Notes: generated from the letters alone by a model not told the origin. Positions 1-9,687 are shown, numbered from the stretch's first letter. The stretch is DNA of 64,000 bases from Candidatus Eiseniibacteriota bacterium (GCA_043809585.1 JBDROZ010000064.1:1-64000), one strand, 5' to 3'. Numbers and translations: made by a program.

Positions 1-233
1 CGAAGCCTCCTTTCCTTCGCCGCCTCCTCGACGGGGCCCGTCGGGCGCTTGGACTTATCGCGACGGCTAGGAGCGATAAGTGGTAACGCCCGGGGGGAGG
101 CTCTTATGACTACGCCTCCGGTGGCGGAAGTCCGACCGCGCCGGGGTACCCGCCGGAGCGAAGCGTCGGCGGGTCGGCGCCGGGAGTACCCGGAGCGCGG
201 CAGCGCGAAGGGTGAAAGTCGGCTTCTCGTCAG

Positions 234-279
234 GCGATCCGAGCCCTCGTGAAGGAGATTCATGCATAATCCAGGCTAG
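234..279 (+). repeat. Copy 1 of a ~46-bp direct repeat (GCGATCCGAG-N8/9-AGGAGATTYRTGCATAATCCAGGCTAG)
   Basis: 253-279 matches 5612-5638 at 25/27 nt; GCGATCCGAG is shared 8-9 nt upstream in both copies. Confidence 0.8.
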
Positions 280-378
280 CCGAACCTCTTCTGGTAATCT
301 CCCCAATAATTTGATAAGATTGCAGTTGACTACATTGCCCCTGCTCCGCTACGCTGCATCGGGCACGAGGGAGGCACC

Positions 379-627
379 ATGAGAGAGCCGCCGGTCCAGA
401 GAAATCCGACTCCTCCGCCGGAGGAGAAGCACGGCTGCGAGCATTGCCTTTGCTGCGCTTGCGAACGGACTTGCACCCGGTGCCACAACTGCTCGCCCAT
501 GAACAGCCGGTACATCCCCTTGATCGGCTGCAACGACTTCATCGACATGAGGAAGCTCGAGCCCCTCCGTTACATCTACTTCGCCGACCGTTCCGTGGAA
601 TACAAGCTCCATCTGAAGCTCCCCTAG
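379..627 (+). CDS. Small cysteine-rich protein (82 aa, 9 Cys), putative metal-binding
   Basis: GAGGGAGG RBS before ATG; GC-ending codons; CEHCLCCAC-ERTC-TRCHNC cluster; possible TTGACT-N18-TACGCT promoter at 326-355. Confidence 0.75.
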   Translation: MREPPVQRNPTPPPEEKHGCEHCLCCACERTCTRCHNCSPMNSRYIPLIGCNDFIDMRKLEPLRYIYFADRSVEYKLHLKLP

Positions 628-862
628 AACTCGTTTCAGTGTCGCGTCCCGGGAGTGCCTTGCCCATCCGGGGGGGCGATCGTGGTTCCCGGGTTCTACC
701 CCGCACGGATTCGTTCCGAACTGTGCTTTGCGCGGTTCTTTGTGTACCATATGGTTCGCCTTGGGACTTCGGATCCGGGGCCCCACGAGAGACGGTTCCG
801 GCTCAAGCCCGTATTTCCATATGACGAAAAGAGATAATGGAGAGGTCCCGGGGCGGCCCGCC

Positions 863-877
863 TGGCATGCCCCTTGC
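863..877 (+). promoter_or_regulatory. Sigma54 (-24/-12) promoter
   Basis: TGGCATGCCCCTTGC has GG-N10-GC spacing, is close to the TGGCACG-N4-TTGC consensus and lies 32 nt upstream of the kinase ATG. Confidence 0.8.
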
Positions 878-909
878 GGTTTCCTCGGGGTGAGGAGGAG
901 GAGAAGTCG

Positions 910-2292
910 ATGGCCGAAGACGGGAAGTTCCCCTCGATTCCGCGAATCGAGGTGCGCTTCACCCTTGGCCTCGTGCTGATCACCCTCCTCGGAATCAACG
1001 TGGGGGGCTGGGTCTTCTACGGGGAAGCGAGGGAGTACATGGAAGGGCTCTCCAGGAAGCGTCTCGTCACGGTCGCCCAAGCGGTCTCCGCCCAGATCGA
1101 CCGGGACCGGGTGCTCGGGTTCCTCCCCGGCGACGAGGGGGGGGAGGCGTACGAGGAGGAGCGGGACCGCCTGATTCGGCTCAGGGATGAGGCGGAGCTG
1201 GACCGCGTTTTTCTCGTGGCCCCTTACCTGGGGAGCCTCCTCGACACGAGGGGGGAGACCCCCGTGGGAGAGGACGATCCCCACGTCGACATGAACGCGG
1301 AATCGATGGCGCCCCTCTGGGAAGGGCGGCCGGTCGGCCTCCCGGTCTACGAGATCGAGGGGGAGCGGTTCCAGACCGCCTTCGCTCCCGTTCTCGCCGA
1401 GAACGAGCTCCGGGCGGTGGTGGGGGTCGACGCGAGCGCCCGGTTCCTGGCGGACCTCGAGATCCTCCGCCGGGGCCTCTTCGCGACCGCCCTCCTCAGC
1501 CTCGTGATCGCCTCGGGGCTCGGCTGGTTCGTCCACCGGAACACGCGGCGCGTCGTCGCCCTCCAGGGGGAAATCAAGAACGCGGAGAAACTCGCCGCCC
1601 TCGGCACGCTCACCGCCGGACTCGCCCACGAGATCCGGAACCCCCTCGCCATCATTCGCGCTTCGGCGGAACTTCTGGACGAAGAGGAGGGGGAGCCCGG
1701 TGGCGGCCGGGGCTACGGCGCACCGATCATCGAAGAGGTCGACCGGCTCGGCGCCCTCCTGACCCACTTCCTCGAATTCGCGAAACCCTACGGCCGGGGC
1801 GGGCCGGGGCGGGAGGACCTGAACCGGGTGGTCCGGGAGACGACGGAGCGGGCCGAGCCGGAGTTCCGGGAGCGGGGGATCCGACTCGAGCGGCGCATTC
1901 CGGCGGGGGAAACGATGGTGGTGATGGACCTGGGGCGGATCGCCCAGGCCCTCCTCAACCTGCTCTGGAACGCGCGGGACGCGGCGGCCGCCGGGGGAGG
2001 AAAGGTGGAAGTTTCCGTCGCGACCCGCAGGCGCGTTCCCCCCTCGGCGAGGCTCCTGGCGGAGAAGCCGAACCGCCGGGGCTACGCCGAAGTGCGGGTG
2101 GCCGACGACGGCGGGGGGATTCCGGAGGGGATCCGGGACAAGCTCTTCGACCCGTTCTTCACGACGAAGGAGAGGGGAACGGGGCTCGGCTTGTCGATCG
2201 TTCACGGAATCGTGCGGAGTCACGAAGGGTACGTTCTCGTCGAGAACGGCCAGGGCCGCGGAGCCGTGATCGGCTTCGGAATCCCCCGGTAG
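910..2292 (+). CDS. Membrane sensor histidine kinase (NtrB/ZraS-like)
   Basis: Two TM helices flank a periplasmic domain; H-box [10 protein letters not shown]-box [10 protein letters not shown]1 DDGGGI, F-box PFFTTK, G2 GTGLGL. Start moved to ATG 910 after the GAGGAGGAG RBS. Confidence 0.93.
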   Translation: MAEDGKFPSIPRIEVRFTLGLVLITLLGINVGGWVFYGEAREYMEGLSRKRLVTVAQAVSAQIDRDRVLGFLPGDEGGEAYEEERDRLIRLRDEAELDRVFLVAPYLGSLLDTRGETPVGEDDPHVDMNAESMAPLWEGRPVGLPVYEIEGERFQTAFAPVLAENELRAVVGVDASARFLADLEILRRGLFATALLSLVIASGLGWFVHRNTRRVVALQGEIKNAEKLAALGTLTAGLAHEIRNPLAIIRASAELLDEEEGEPGGGRGYGAPIIEEVDRLGALLTHFLEFAKPYGRGGPGREDLNRVVRETTERAEPEFRERGIRLERRIPAGETMVVMDLGRIAQALLNLLWNARDAAAAGGGKVEVSVATRRRVPPSARLLAEKPNRRGYAEVRVADDGGGIPEGIRDKLFDPFFTTKERGTGLGLSIVHGIVRSHEGYVLVENGQGRGAVIGFGIPR

Positions 2293-2304
2293 GAGATCGC
2301 AACG

Positions 2305-3687
2305 ATGCGCATTCTTGTCGTCGACGATGAACCGAAAATGCGGGACCTGATTGCGCGGGCTTTGGAGAAGGACGGGAACCAGGTGGATCTCGCCGCCTCG
2401 CTCGCGGAGTCCCGGGGGCGGATCGCGGCGGACACCTACGACCTCGTCGTCACGGACCTGAAAATGGAGACCGACGAGGCGGGTCTCGGCGTACTCGAAG
2501 CGGCGAAGGAAAAAGACCCGTCCACGGAGGTGATCCTGGTGACCGGGTTCGCGACGATCGAGGTGGGAGCCCGGGCGATCGACCGGGGGGCCTACGACTA
2601 TCTGATCAAGCCGTTGAAGATCGGCGATCTCCGGGGGCGCGTCGCGGCGATCGCCCGGAAACGGACCGATCCCGCGGGGGCCGCGGCGGCCGAGAGGCCC
2701 CCCGAGGGCCCGGTCGTCTTCGACGACATCGTGGTCGGCGGCAGCGCGGGCATGCAGAAGGTGTACGAGACGCTCCCCCGGGTGGTGGGCTCGTCTTCCA
2801 CGATCTTGATCCGGGGGGAGAGCGGGACGGGCAAGGAGCTCATCGCCCGGGCCATCCACCGCGCGAGCCCGCGCAAGAACGGACCCTTCGTGGAGGTGAA
2901 CTGCGCGGCCCTTGTCGACTCCCTCCTCGAGAGCGAACTCTTCGGCATCGAGAAGCGGGTCGCCACCGGCGTCGACCGGCGGGAGGGGAAATTCGAAACC
3001 GCGTCGGGAGGGACCCTCTTCCTGGACGAAGTGGGGGACATGAGCCTCGCCACCCAGGCGAAGGTCCTCCGGGCGATGCAGGAGAGGAAGATCGAGCGGG
3101 TCGGCGGCCGCGAGGCGGTCCCCGTGGACGTCCGCATCGTGGCGGCCACGAACGTCGATCTCGAGGAAGCAGTCCGGGAAGGCCGTTTCCGGGAGGACCT
3201 CTTCTACCGCCTGAACGTGATCACCATCGCGATCCCGCCGCTCCGCGAGAGGATCGAGGACATCCCCCACTTCGTGGAGCACTTCCTCGGCAAGTTCAAC
3301 CGGGCTTTCTCCCGCCGCATCGACGGAGTCGATCCGGCGGCGATGGAGGCCCTCGGCCGCTATTCGTGGCCGGGGAACGTACGGGAGCTCGAGAACGCCA
3401 TGGAGCGGGCCTTCCTGATGAGCCGGGACTCGGTGATTCGCCCCGAAGACCTCCCGGAGAAGATCGGAGGGGCCGCGCCCGCCGCGCGGGGCGGCTATCT
3501 GTTCACCCTGCCCGAGTCGAGCATCCGGCTCGAAGAGGTGGAGCGGGACTTCATCGTCCAGGCCCTCGAGAGAACGGGCGGCAACCGGACCCGGGCGGCG
3601 AAGCTGCTCGGCCTGACGCGGCGGATCCTCGGCTACCGGATGGAGAAGTACAAGATCGAGGGGGACGAGGACCCCAAGAACCGATGA
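2305..3687 (+). CDS. NtrC-family response regulator (REC-AAA+-HTH) with atypical RVATGV loop
   Basis: REC domain (VVDDE, VTDLKM), Walker A GESGTGKE, ESELFG, Walker B FLDEVG, WPGNVREL and a Fis-type HTH. Confidence 0.93.
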   Translation: MRILVVDDEPKMRDLIARALEKDGNQVDLAASLAESRGRIAADTYDLVVTDLKMETDEAGLGVLEAAKEKDPSTEVILVTGFATIEVGARAIDRGAYDYLIKPLKIGDLRGRVAAIARKRTDPAGAAAAERPPEGPVVFDDIVVGGSAGMQKVYETLPRVVGSSSTILIRGESGTGKELIARAIHRASPRKNGPFVEVNCAALVDSLLESELFGIEKRVATGVDRREGKFETASGGTLFLDEVGDMSLATQAKVLRAMQERKIERVGGREAVPVDVRIVAATNVDLEEAVREGRFREDLFYRLNVITIAIPPLRERIEDIPHFVEHFLGKFNRAFSRRIDGVDPAAMEALGRYSWPGNVRELENAMERAFLMSRDSVIRPEDLPEKIGGAAPAARGGYLFTLPESSIRLEEVERDFIVQALERTGGNRTRAAKLLGLTRRILGYRMEKYKIEGDEDPKNR

Positions 3688-4512
3688 GGCGGACCACCAT
3701 GAACGGGCGACGGGCCATCACGATCTCGCTCCTCGGGCTGGCGCTGCTCTCCCTCCCCGCGGGGGTGGCGGGGGGGGGCGACTCCCCGGAGGACCGGATC
3801 CTCGCGTCCCTGCCTATGGACGACATGACACCCCGGGAGCGGGAGCGGGTCGGCGAGGCGGTCCGGAGGCTTTACCGCCTCCACGCCGCGGCCGGCGACG
3901 GCGGGGGGGGGGGAAGTGGGGGCGTACGTAAAAGTGGTGGAAGAGCTTGCCCGGTACCTGAAAAGGGAAACCGTCGAAGAGAGCCGAAGGCTGCTCGGCG
4001 AGGCCGCCCTCGCTTTCGAGCGGGTCGACCGCCGGTGGATCGACCGCGCCTTCGTGATCACGGGCGAAAACGACTTCCCCGTGAACGAACAGAGCCTCGG
4101 GATCCTCCGGGACCAATCCGAGGCGCTCCGCGCGGTGGGCACCCTCCTGAAAGAGGAACAGGGGATCCTGGCCCGCCAGAAGGGCCTCGCCTCCGGGGCA
4201 GAGCGTCGCTATCGGGACATCCTCCGTCTGCAGCAGGAGGCCCATCGCGCGTTCGATTCCATCGGACACGAGGGCATCAAGTCCGCGATCCGCTGGCTCG
4301 TGGACGAAATCGACCGGACCCACGCGAGCGTCGTCCGCCCGGCCCACGACCGGCAAGAGAGGCTTCTCGCCCTCTTCGATCAGGTGGTGCGATCGACCGG
4401 TTCGAGTTCGGCGGGGGCCCTGGTCAAGGACTTTCGCGAGTACAGCTCCAAGATCCGCGTCATCGAGCAGAGGGTCCATCGGGCCGCCGGCCGCGCGGCG
4501 GGTTCGGAGTGA
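3684..4512 (+). pseudogene. Exported alpha-helical protein split by a frameshift in a G11 tract (3903-3913)
   Basis: ATG overlaps the regulator stop; signal peptide AITISLLGLALLSLPAGVA; protein-like sequence continues in the +1 frame (ORF 3916..4512). G10 would give one ~275-aa ORF. Confidence 0.7.
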
Positions 4513-4513
4513 C

Positions 4514-4542
4514 TTGACGCGCACCGCTCTGCCGCCTACCAT
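4514..4542 (+). promoter_or_regulatory. Sigma70-type promoter
   Basis: TTGACG-N17-TACCAT directly upstream of the small membrane protein and TPR gene. Confidence 0.6.
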
Positions 4543-4568
4543 CGGGGAGAAACGGGGAGGGAAGATCC

Positions 4569-4730
4569 GTGGCGAAACCGAAGAAGAAGGAGAAGTCGGG
4601 CCTGCCCGTGGACGCCCCGCGGAAGGGGCCGAGGGATGACGGGGACGACATCGATTTTCCGACCGTGGTCTGGTCTCTCGTGATCCTGGCGGTTCTCGTG
4701 CTCGTCCACCGTCTCGTCTGGGGCGGGTAA
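4569..4730 (+). CDS. Small single-pass membrane protein (53 aa; absent from the ORF track)
   Basis: GGGGAGG RBS, GTG start, MAKPKKKEKSG...FPTVVWSLVILAVLVLVHRLVWGG*; stops 10 nt before the next ATG. Confidence 0.65.
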   Translation: MAKPKKKEKSGLPVDAPRKGPRDDGDDIDFPTVVWSLVILAVLVLVHRLVWGG

Positions 4731-4740
4731 GGCTGCGCTC

Positions 4741-5478
4741 ATGCACTCGAGTCGATCGGCGGCGTTCTCTCTCGCCCTGGCCATTCTGGTCGCAGCGGCC
4801 TGCTCCCGGGGTCCCTCCTTCGAGGAGCGGAGGGCGGAGGGCATCGCGGCGTTCCAGGAGGGCCGGTTCGACAAGGCGATCATCACGCTCGACGCCCTCT
4901 CCCTGGAAAACCCGCGGGACTTCGAGACCCGGTACTACCTCGCCCGCTCTCTCGAATCGGACCAGCGACTCCCCGCCGCCCTCCGGGAGTGGGACGACGT
5001 CCTCCGGCTCCGTCCCTCCCTGGTGGAGGGCCACTACCGGCGCGGGAACGTCCTCGCCATCATGAAGGATACGCAGGGTGCGATCGACGCCTGGAACCGG
5101 GCGCTCGAAATCGATCCCACGTTTCACAAGGCCTATTTCAATCTGGCCAACGCCTATGAGGAAATGGAGATGTGGGACGAGGCGGTTCGGCACTACCTGC
5201 TGACCATCGAGGCCGATTCGAGTTTCGTTCCCGGCTATCTCAACCTCGCGCTTCTGCTCCAGCGGGCCGAGCAGTGGGACTTCGCCCTCGACATGTTCGA
5301 CCGCGCCATCGAACTCGATCCTGACTACGCGCCCCCTTACATGAATCGCATCAACATCCTCGCCGCCACGGGCCGCGGGGAGGAGGCGACCGCCCGCGTC
5401 GACGAGCTCCTCGCCATGGAGAACCTCGACTCTACCCTGGCCGACTCCCTCCGCGCCCTGCGGGGACGGATCGAGTAG
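4741..5478 (+). CDS. TPR-repeat lipoprotein
   Basis: Lipobox-like ILVAAAC; repeated TPR patterns (ALEIDP..AYFNLA, AIELDPDY). Confidence 0.88.
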   Translation: MHSSRSAAFSLALAILVAAACSRGPSFEERRAEGIAAFQEGRFDKAIITLDALSLENPRDFETRYYLARSLESDQRLPAALREWDDVLRLRPSLVEGHYRRGNVLAIMKDTQGAIDAWNRALEIDPTFHKAYFNLANAYEEMEMWDEAVRHYLLTIEADSSFVPGYLNLALLLQRAEQWDFALDMFDRAIELDPDYAPPYMNRINILAATGRGEEATARVDELLAMENLDSTLADSLRALRGRIE

Positions 5479-5593
5479 AAGCCTCGGATCGTCTCTCAAC
5501 TCGCTCTTGTTCTCGAATCCCCTCCTATTCTCCGTCCACCTCGTTTCCGCCGGACCGAGGACCGAACACGACGGAAGGAGGGGCCCGCGTGCC

Positions 5594-5638
5594 GCGATCC
5601 GAGATCGCAGTAGGAGATTTGTGCATAATCCAGGCTAG
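5594..5638 (+). repeat. Copy 2 of the ~46-bp direct repeat; its CTAG end contains the TAG stop of the convergent Omp85-fusion gene
   Basis: Matches 234-279. Confidence 0.8.
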
Positions 5639-8415
5639 AAGTCTCTTCCGATTCGAAAATAGCCGGAGAGAGGACCGAGGTTCCGGCGTCCGTCGCTCAT
5701 CTGCGGGAAGTCGAGCATGAGTTGGAAGGGCCCGAAGAACGCGCGGATTCCGGGGCCGTAGGCGATGCGGGGACGCTCTTCGCCCGCGAAGTACCCCGCG
5801 TCGGCGAAGAGCACGCCCCGGATGCCGCCGAAGGTGATCGGGAAGGGCCATCCGAGACGGAGGGCATCGACGAGGGGGAAGCGGACTTCCGCACTCTGCA
5901 CGGCGTAACCCCGTTCCCGGTCGGTGAGGTCGGGAAACCCGCGGACCAGGCTCCGGAAACCTAAACCGAAGACCGGCCCCCCCGCCCCGGCCGAACGGCC
6001 GGCGACGGTCCGCGACGCGATCACCACCCGTTCCCCCGCAGGCTCGTAGAACCGGGCGTCGACCCGGGCCCACCCGCCGCCTTCCCCTTCCATGACGAGG
6101 GGCTCCAGGGAGAGGCGGAGGCGGCGGCCTCGGCGCGGGCCGTGCCACGACCACCGCGCGTTGTCGTGCACATAGGCGATCTCGGCGCCGGCGAAGAGAG
6201 AGGTCTCCCCCTCGCCCAGATCGCGGAGCACTTCGTCGTTTCCTTCGCCGATCCGCCCCCCCCACTCGAAACGCCGGTACCGGTCGAGAGGGTAGAGCAG
6301 CCGGAACCGAAGACCCCGGTAAAGCGCCTCCCGTCTCACCCCGTTCCAATCGACGAGGGCCCGCCGGAACTGGAAGACCGATGCTTCGTACTCGGTCCGC
6401 CCCACACGGTTCTTGTACGCGGCGAACAGGTCGGAATTCCCCATGGAACCGTAGATCCCGAAGGCGACCTCCATGCGATGGCCTCCGAGGAGATCGGAGA
6501 AGTAGATCGAAGAACCCGAGGAGAAGCCTCCGTCCGGTCCCGCCCCCGCGCCGGCCGCGCGAACGTCCGCCGTGAGCCGAGCCCGGTACGGGAGAACCCG
6601 GTAGGGGGGGAGGTAACCGGCGCCCTCCGGCGGCGTGCCCGAGGCGAGGGCGAGGGCCGGACCCATGAGATCCCCCGGGGGGAGCGAGGGATCGCCCGGC
6701 GCGTAGCCGGGATCGGGCATGACGTGCACGGTCCAGCTCTGTCGCCGGAACGAGACGAAAGAAAAGTCGCCGCTCTCCCGGCTCCAGGAGAGGACGGGGG
6801 ATTCGGACAGGAGGCCGGCCGCTCCCCCCTCGAGCCGCGTGATTCGCCGGACCGACGCGGCGGCGAGGTCGTGAAGGTAGACGTCCGGCGTTCCCGCCCG
6901 GTCCGAGACGAAGAGGATCCGGTTCCCCTCGGGGGACCAGACGGGGGAGTGGTTGTTCCCTTCCTGGCCGGGCAGAACGGTCCAGCGGCCGGTCCGCAAG
7001 TCGAGCACGCCGATCCGGAGGGTGCGATCGGGAGGGGCCGCCTCGCCGTCGACGATCCGGTCCGTGGCGCAGACCACCCGATTCCCGTCCGGCGACCAAT
7101 CGGGATGAATGTACAGGAACCGGTCGGCGGTCAAGGGGGCGGCCTCTCCGGTCTTCCCGTCCACACGGTAGAGATCGGTCCGCCCGTCGGCGAGTCCCGC
7201 GGCGATCAGCCGACTTCCGTCGGGCGACCACGACACGCCCCGGATCTCCTCGAATCCGGGGCGGAGGGTGCGGATTCGGTCTCCCGACCGGGCGTCCAGG
7301 ACGTGGATCACGTCGCCCCCCGAACCCTGGGCCGGGAGAGCGACGAGGCCGCCGTCCGGCGACCAGCGGCCGCCGCCGTGATAAGGCCGGAGGGAAACGA
7401 GGTCCCCCGAGCCCCCCTCGCGGGCGAGGAGCCGGCCCTTCCCCCCCCCCGCTTTCACGGGATCGCGGTAGAGGCCGAATCCGCCCTCCCGGTCGGAAAG
7501 GACGAGCAGCTCGGCGCCGTCCGGAGAGAGGTCGGCCCCCACATTCACACGACCCTCCGCGTCCACCGGCTCGGCCACGCGGCCCGCCCGATTGAGGCGG
7601 ACCACCTCGGGCAGATACTCCCGGCGAAGGGCGTCCGCCCATTCCTCCGAGAGCTCCTCGTGCTCCCTGCCGAACACCATGCGCATCGCCTTTTCCGCGT
7701 CCCGGGAGAGAGCGAGGGCGCGCAGGAAATCCCCCGCCGAAGACTCGCCGCGCTCCGAAGCGAGCCAGGCCCAGGCGGCCTGGCCGAAGCGGTAGATGCG
7801 CACGTCCCCCATCCGCGAAAGGCCGGAGAACGACGGGGGCGGGCCGTCGAGCAGAGAGTCCCTGAGCCACATCCGGGTGAAGGGATCGACCCCTCCCCGC
7901 GAGAGGTACTCCGCCATCCCCTCGATCATCCAGAGGGGAACCGTGGTCCCGTTCAGTCCGGCCGTTCCCTCGGGATCGAGGATGTCGATCTGGAAGGCGT
8001 GAACCAGCTCGTGGTGAAGGACGTGGCGGAATTCCTCCCGGGATCCGGGATAGGGGAGGAAGACGCGACGCTTCAGGAACTCCGTGATCCCGCCGGTCCC
8101 CTCGTCGATCACGTAGGGGGTGATCGGCGTGCTCTGGAACTCCGGATGGGACCCGTAAAGGACGACGGGCACGGGCCGGGCGATCTCGTGATCGAGGCGG
8201 GCCGAAAGATCCTCGTAGATCGCTTCGGCGAGAGCGACCGTTTCGAGCGCCAGGTCTTCCTCCTCCCGGTAGAAGTGGATCCGGAAGTGGGCGGTCTCGA
8301 GGACCCTCCATTCCCGGTCATGATAGCGGACCTTGTTCTGGCCAAAGTACGACGCTTTCGCCGGCGGGGCGGCCGCGAGGCAGAAGAGGACCGTGAGAAG
8401 TGCGGTTCGCTTCAT
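5635..8415 (-). CDS. Gluzincin peptidase (MA-like) + TolB/PD40 beta-propeller + Omp85/BamA-type barrel fusion
   Basis: Signal peptide MKRTALLTVLFCLAAAPPAKA then FGQNKV; HELVH and WMIEGMAEY; repeated WSPDG; Omp85-like VRGF, SAEVRFP, LFADAG; C-terminal FRIGRDF. Start moved to ATG 8415. Confidence 0.85.
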   Translation of the reverse strand: MKRTALLTVLFCLAAAPPAKASYFGQNKVRYHDREWRVLETAHFRIHFYREEEDLALETVALAEAIYEDLSARLDHEIARPVPVVLYGSHPEFQSTPITPYVIDEGTGGITEFLKRRVFLPYPGSREEFRHVLHHELVHAFQIDILDPEGTAGLNGTTVPLWMIEGMAEYLSRGGVDPFTRMWLRDSLLDGPPPSFSGLSRMGDVRIYRFGQAAWAWLASERGESSAGDFLRALALSRDAEKAMRMVFGREHEELSEEWADALRREYLPEVVRLNRAGRVAEPVDAEGRVNVGADLSPDGAELLVLSDREGGFGLYRDPVKAGGGKGRLLAREGGSGDLVSLRPYHGGGRWSPDGGLVALPAQGSGGDVIHVLDARSGDRIRTLRPGFEEIRGVSWSPDGSRLIAAGLADGRTDLYRVDGKTGEAAPLTADRFLYIHPDWSPDGNRVVCATDRIVDGEAAPPDRTLRIGVLDLRTGRWTVLPGQEGNNHSPVWSPEGNRILFVSDRAGTPDVYLHDLAAASVRRITRLEGGAAGLLSESPVLSWSRESGDFSFVSFRRQSWTVHVMPDPGYAPGDPSLPPGDLMGPALALASGTPPEGAGYLPPYRVLPYRARLTADVRAAGAGAGPDGGFSSGSSIYFSDLLGGHRMEVAFGIYGSMGNSDLFAAYKNRVGRTEYEASVFQFRRALVDWNGVRREALYRGLRFRLLYPLDRYRRFEWGGRIGEGNDEVLRDLGEGETSLFAGAEIAYVHDNARWSWHGPRRGRRLRLSLEPLVMEGEGGGWARVDARFYEPAGERVVIASRTVAGRSAGAGGPVFGLGFRSLVRGFPDLTDRERGYAVQSAEVRFPLVDALRLGWPFPITFGGIRGVLFADAGYFAGEERPRIAYGPGIRAFFGPFQLMLDFPQMSDGRRNLGPLSGYFRIGRDF

Positions 8416-8655
8416 GGGATGGGGTGCCGGGAGTGGAGATCTCAATCGACTCGAGAAGTTCATTATACCGGATCTCTTGCGCCATCTCAAGAACGGAAAG
8501 ACGAGAAGTCGTTTTCATCGGCAACGGGAGCGAGGCAGAGGGGGCGTGAGGGGGCGAGGGACCTCTCTCGCCTCCTCGCGGTTTGTTCCGGGCGGTCCCG
8601 GCGGGGCCGATCGCCCGACCCGCCGCGGGGAGGTCCGGTGGCGGGGAAGGTGGCG

Positions 8656-8671
8656 GGGCATGGCCCTTGCA
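8656..8671 (+). promoter_or_regulatory. Sigma54 (-24/-12) promoter
   Basis: GGGCATGGCCCTTGCA (GG-N10-GC), followed by a GGAGGAGG RBS and ATG 8694. Confidence 0.6.
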
Positions 8672-8693
8672 CCGGAGGAGGGGAGGAGGACCG

Positions 8694-9683
8694 ATGGGAG
8701 ATCCCGTGACGATCATCAGTGGCGATCCCGGTTTCCGGCTCGTCCTCGAGGAAGCGGACCGGGTGGCGCCGACCCCGGTCCCGGTTCTTCTCGAAGGGGA
8801 GTCGGGGACGGGTAAGGAGCTCGTCGCCCTCCGGATCCACGAGCGGAGCGACCGTTCGGACCGGCCCTTTTCGGCGGTCAACTGCGCGGCCCTCTGTGAG
8901 ACCCTCGCCGAGAGCGAGCTGTTCGGCCACGTGGAAGGGGCATTCACCGGCGCCGTGAGGGACCGGAAGGGGATCTTCGAGGAGGCCGGAGGGGGAACCC
9001 TGTTCCTCGATGAGATCGGGGACCTCTCCCCGTCGATCCAGGCGAAGCTTCTCCGGGTCTTGCAGGAGGGAGTGGTGCGGCGCGTCGGTGAGTCGATCCC
9101 CCGGCCGGTCCGGTTCCGGCTCCTGGCGGCCAGCCACAGGGATCTCACGAAGGAAAAGGACGAGGGAAGGTTCCGGGAGGACCTGTTCTACCGCGTGCAC
9201 GTCGTCCGTCTGCGCATTCCGCCCCTGCGGGAGCGGGAAGGGGACATCCCCCTTCTGGTGGGACGGCTCCTTCCCCGCCTGGCCCGTCTCTACGGCAAGC
9301 GGATCGCGGGCGTCCGGGTGGGGGTCACCCGAATTCTCGAGCGCTACGCCTGGCCGGGCAACGTCAGGGAACTCGAGAACGAACTGAAGCGTCTCGTCGC
9401 CCTCGCGGAAGAGGACGGCTGGATCGAGCGCCACCATCTCTCCGAGACGATCCGCACGGAAACCTCGGAACCGAATTGGGAGCCGGTAACCCTCCAGGAG
9501 AAGATCGACCGGCTGGAACGCTCCGAGATACTCCGTATGCTCGATCGCAGTCAGGGGAACAAGACTCGAGCCGCCCGGGAACTCGGTCTCTCCCGGCAAG
9601 GTCTCAAGAACAAACTCGCCCGCCACGGGCTCGGGGAAGAAGGATATGAGAAAAGCAACGAGGTAATCTCTGTAGAGCGTTGA
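8694..9683 (+). CDS. Sigma54-dependent activator lacking an N-terminal regulatory domain (PspF-like architecture)
   Basis: Begins directly at the AAA+ domain; GESGTGKE, intact GAFTGA, FLDEIG, WPGNVREL, C-terminal HTH. Confidence 0.9.
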   Translation: MGDPVTIISGDPGFRLVLEEADRVAPTPVPVLLEGESGTGKELVALRIHERSDRSDRPFSAVNCAALCETLAESELFGHVEGAFTGAVRDRKGIFEEAGGGTLFLDEIGDLSPSIQAKLLRVLQEGVVRRVGESIPRPVRFRLLAASHRDLTKEKDEGRFREDLFYRVHVVRLRIPPLREREGDIPLLVGRLLPRLARLYGKRIAGVRVGVTRILERYAWPGNVRELENELKRLVALAEEDGWIERHHLSETIRTETSEPNWEPVTLQEKIDRLERSEILRMLDRSQGNKTRAARELGLSRQGLKNKLARHGLGEEGYEKSNEVISVER

Positions 9684-9687
9684 AAAC

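Noticed and set aside
349-3282. 977-aa antisense ORF and similar long shadow ORFs (6142..8709, 22737..25985, 39751..42390, 46554..49154)
   Set aside because: They overlap well-supported genes and are Arg/Pro/Gly-rich, as expected for stop-poor frames in high-GC DNA.
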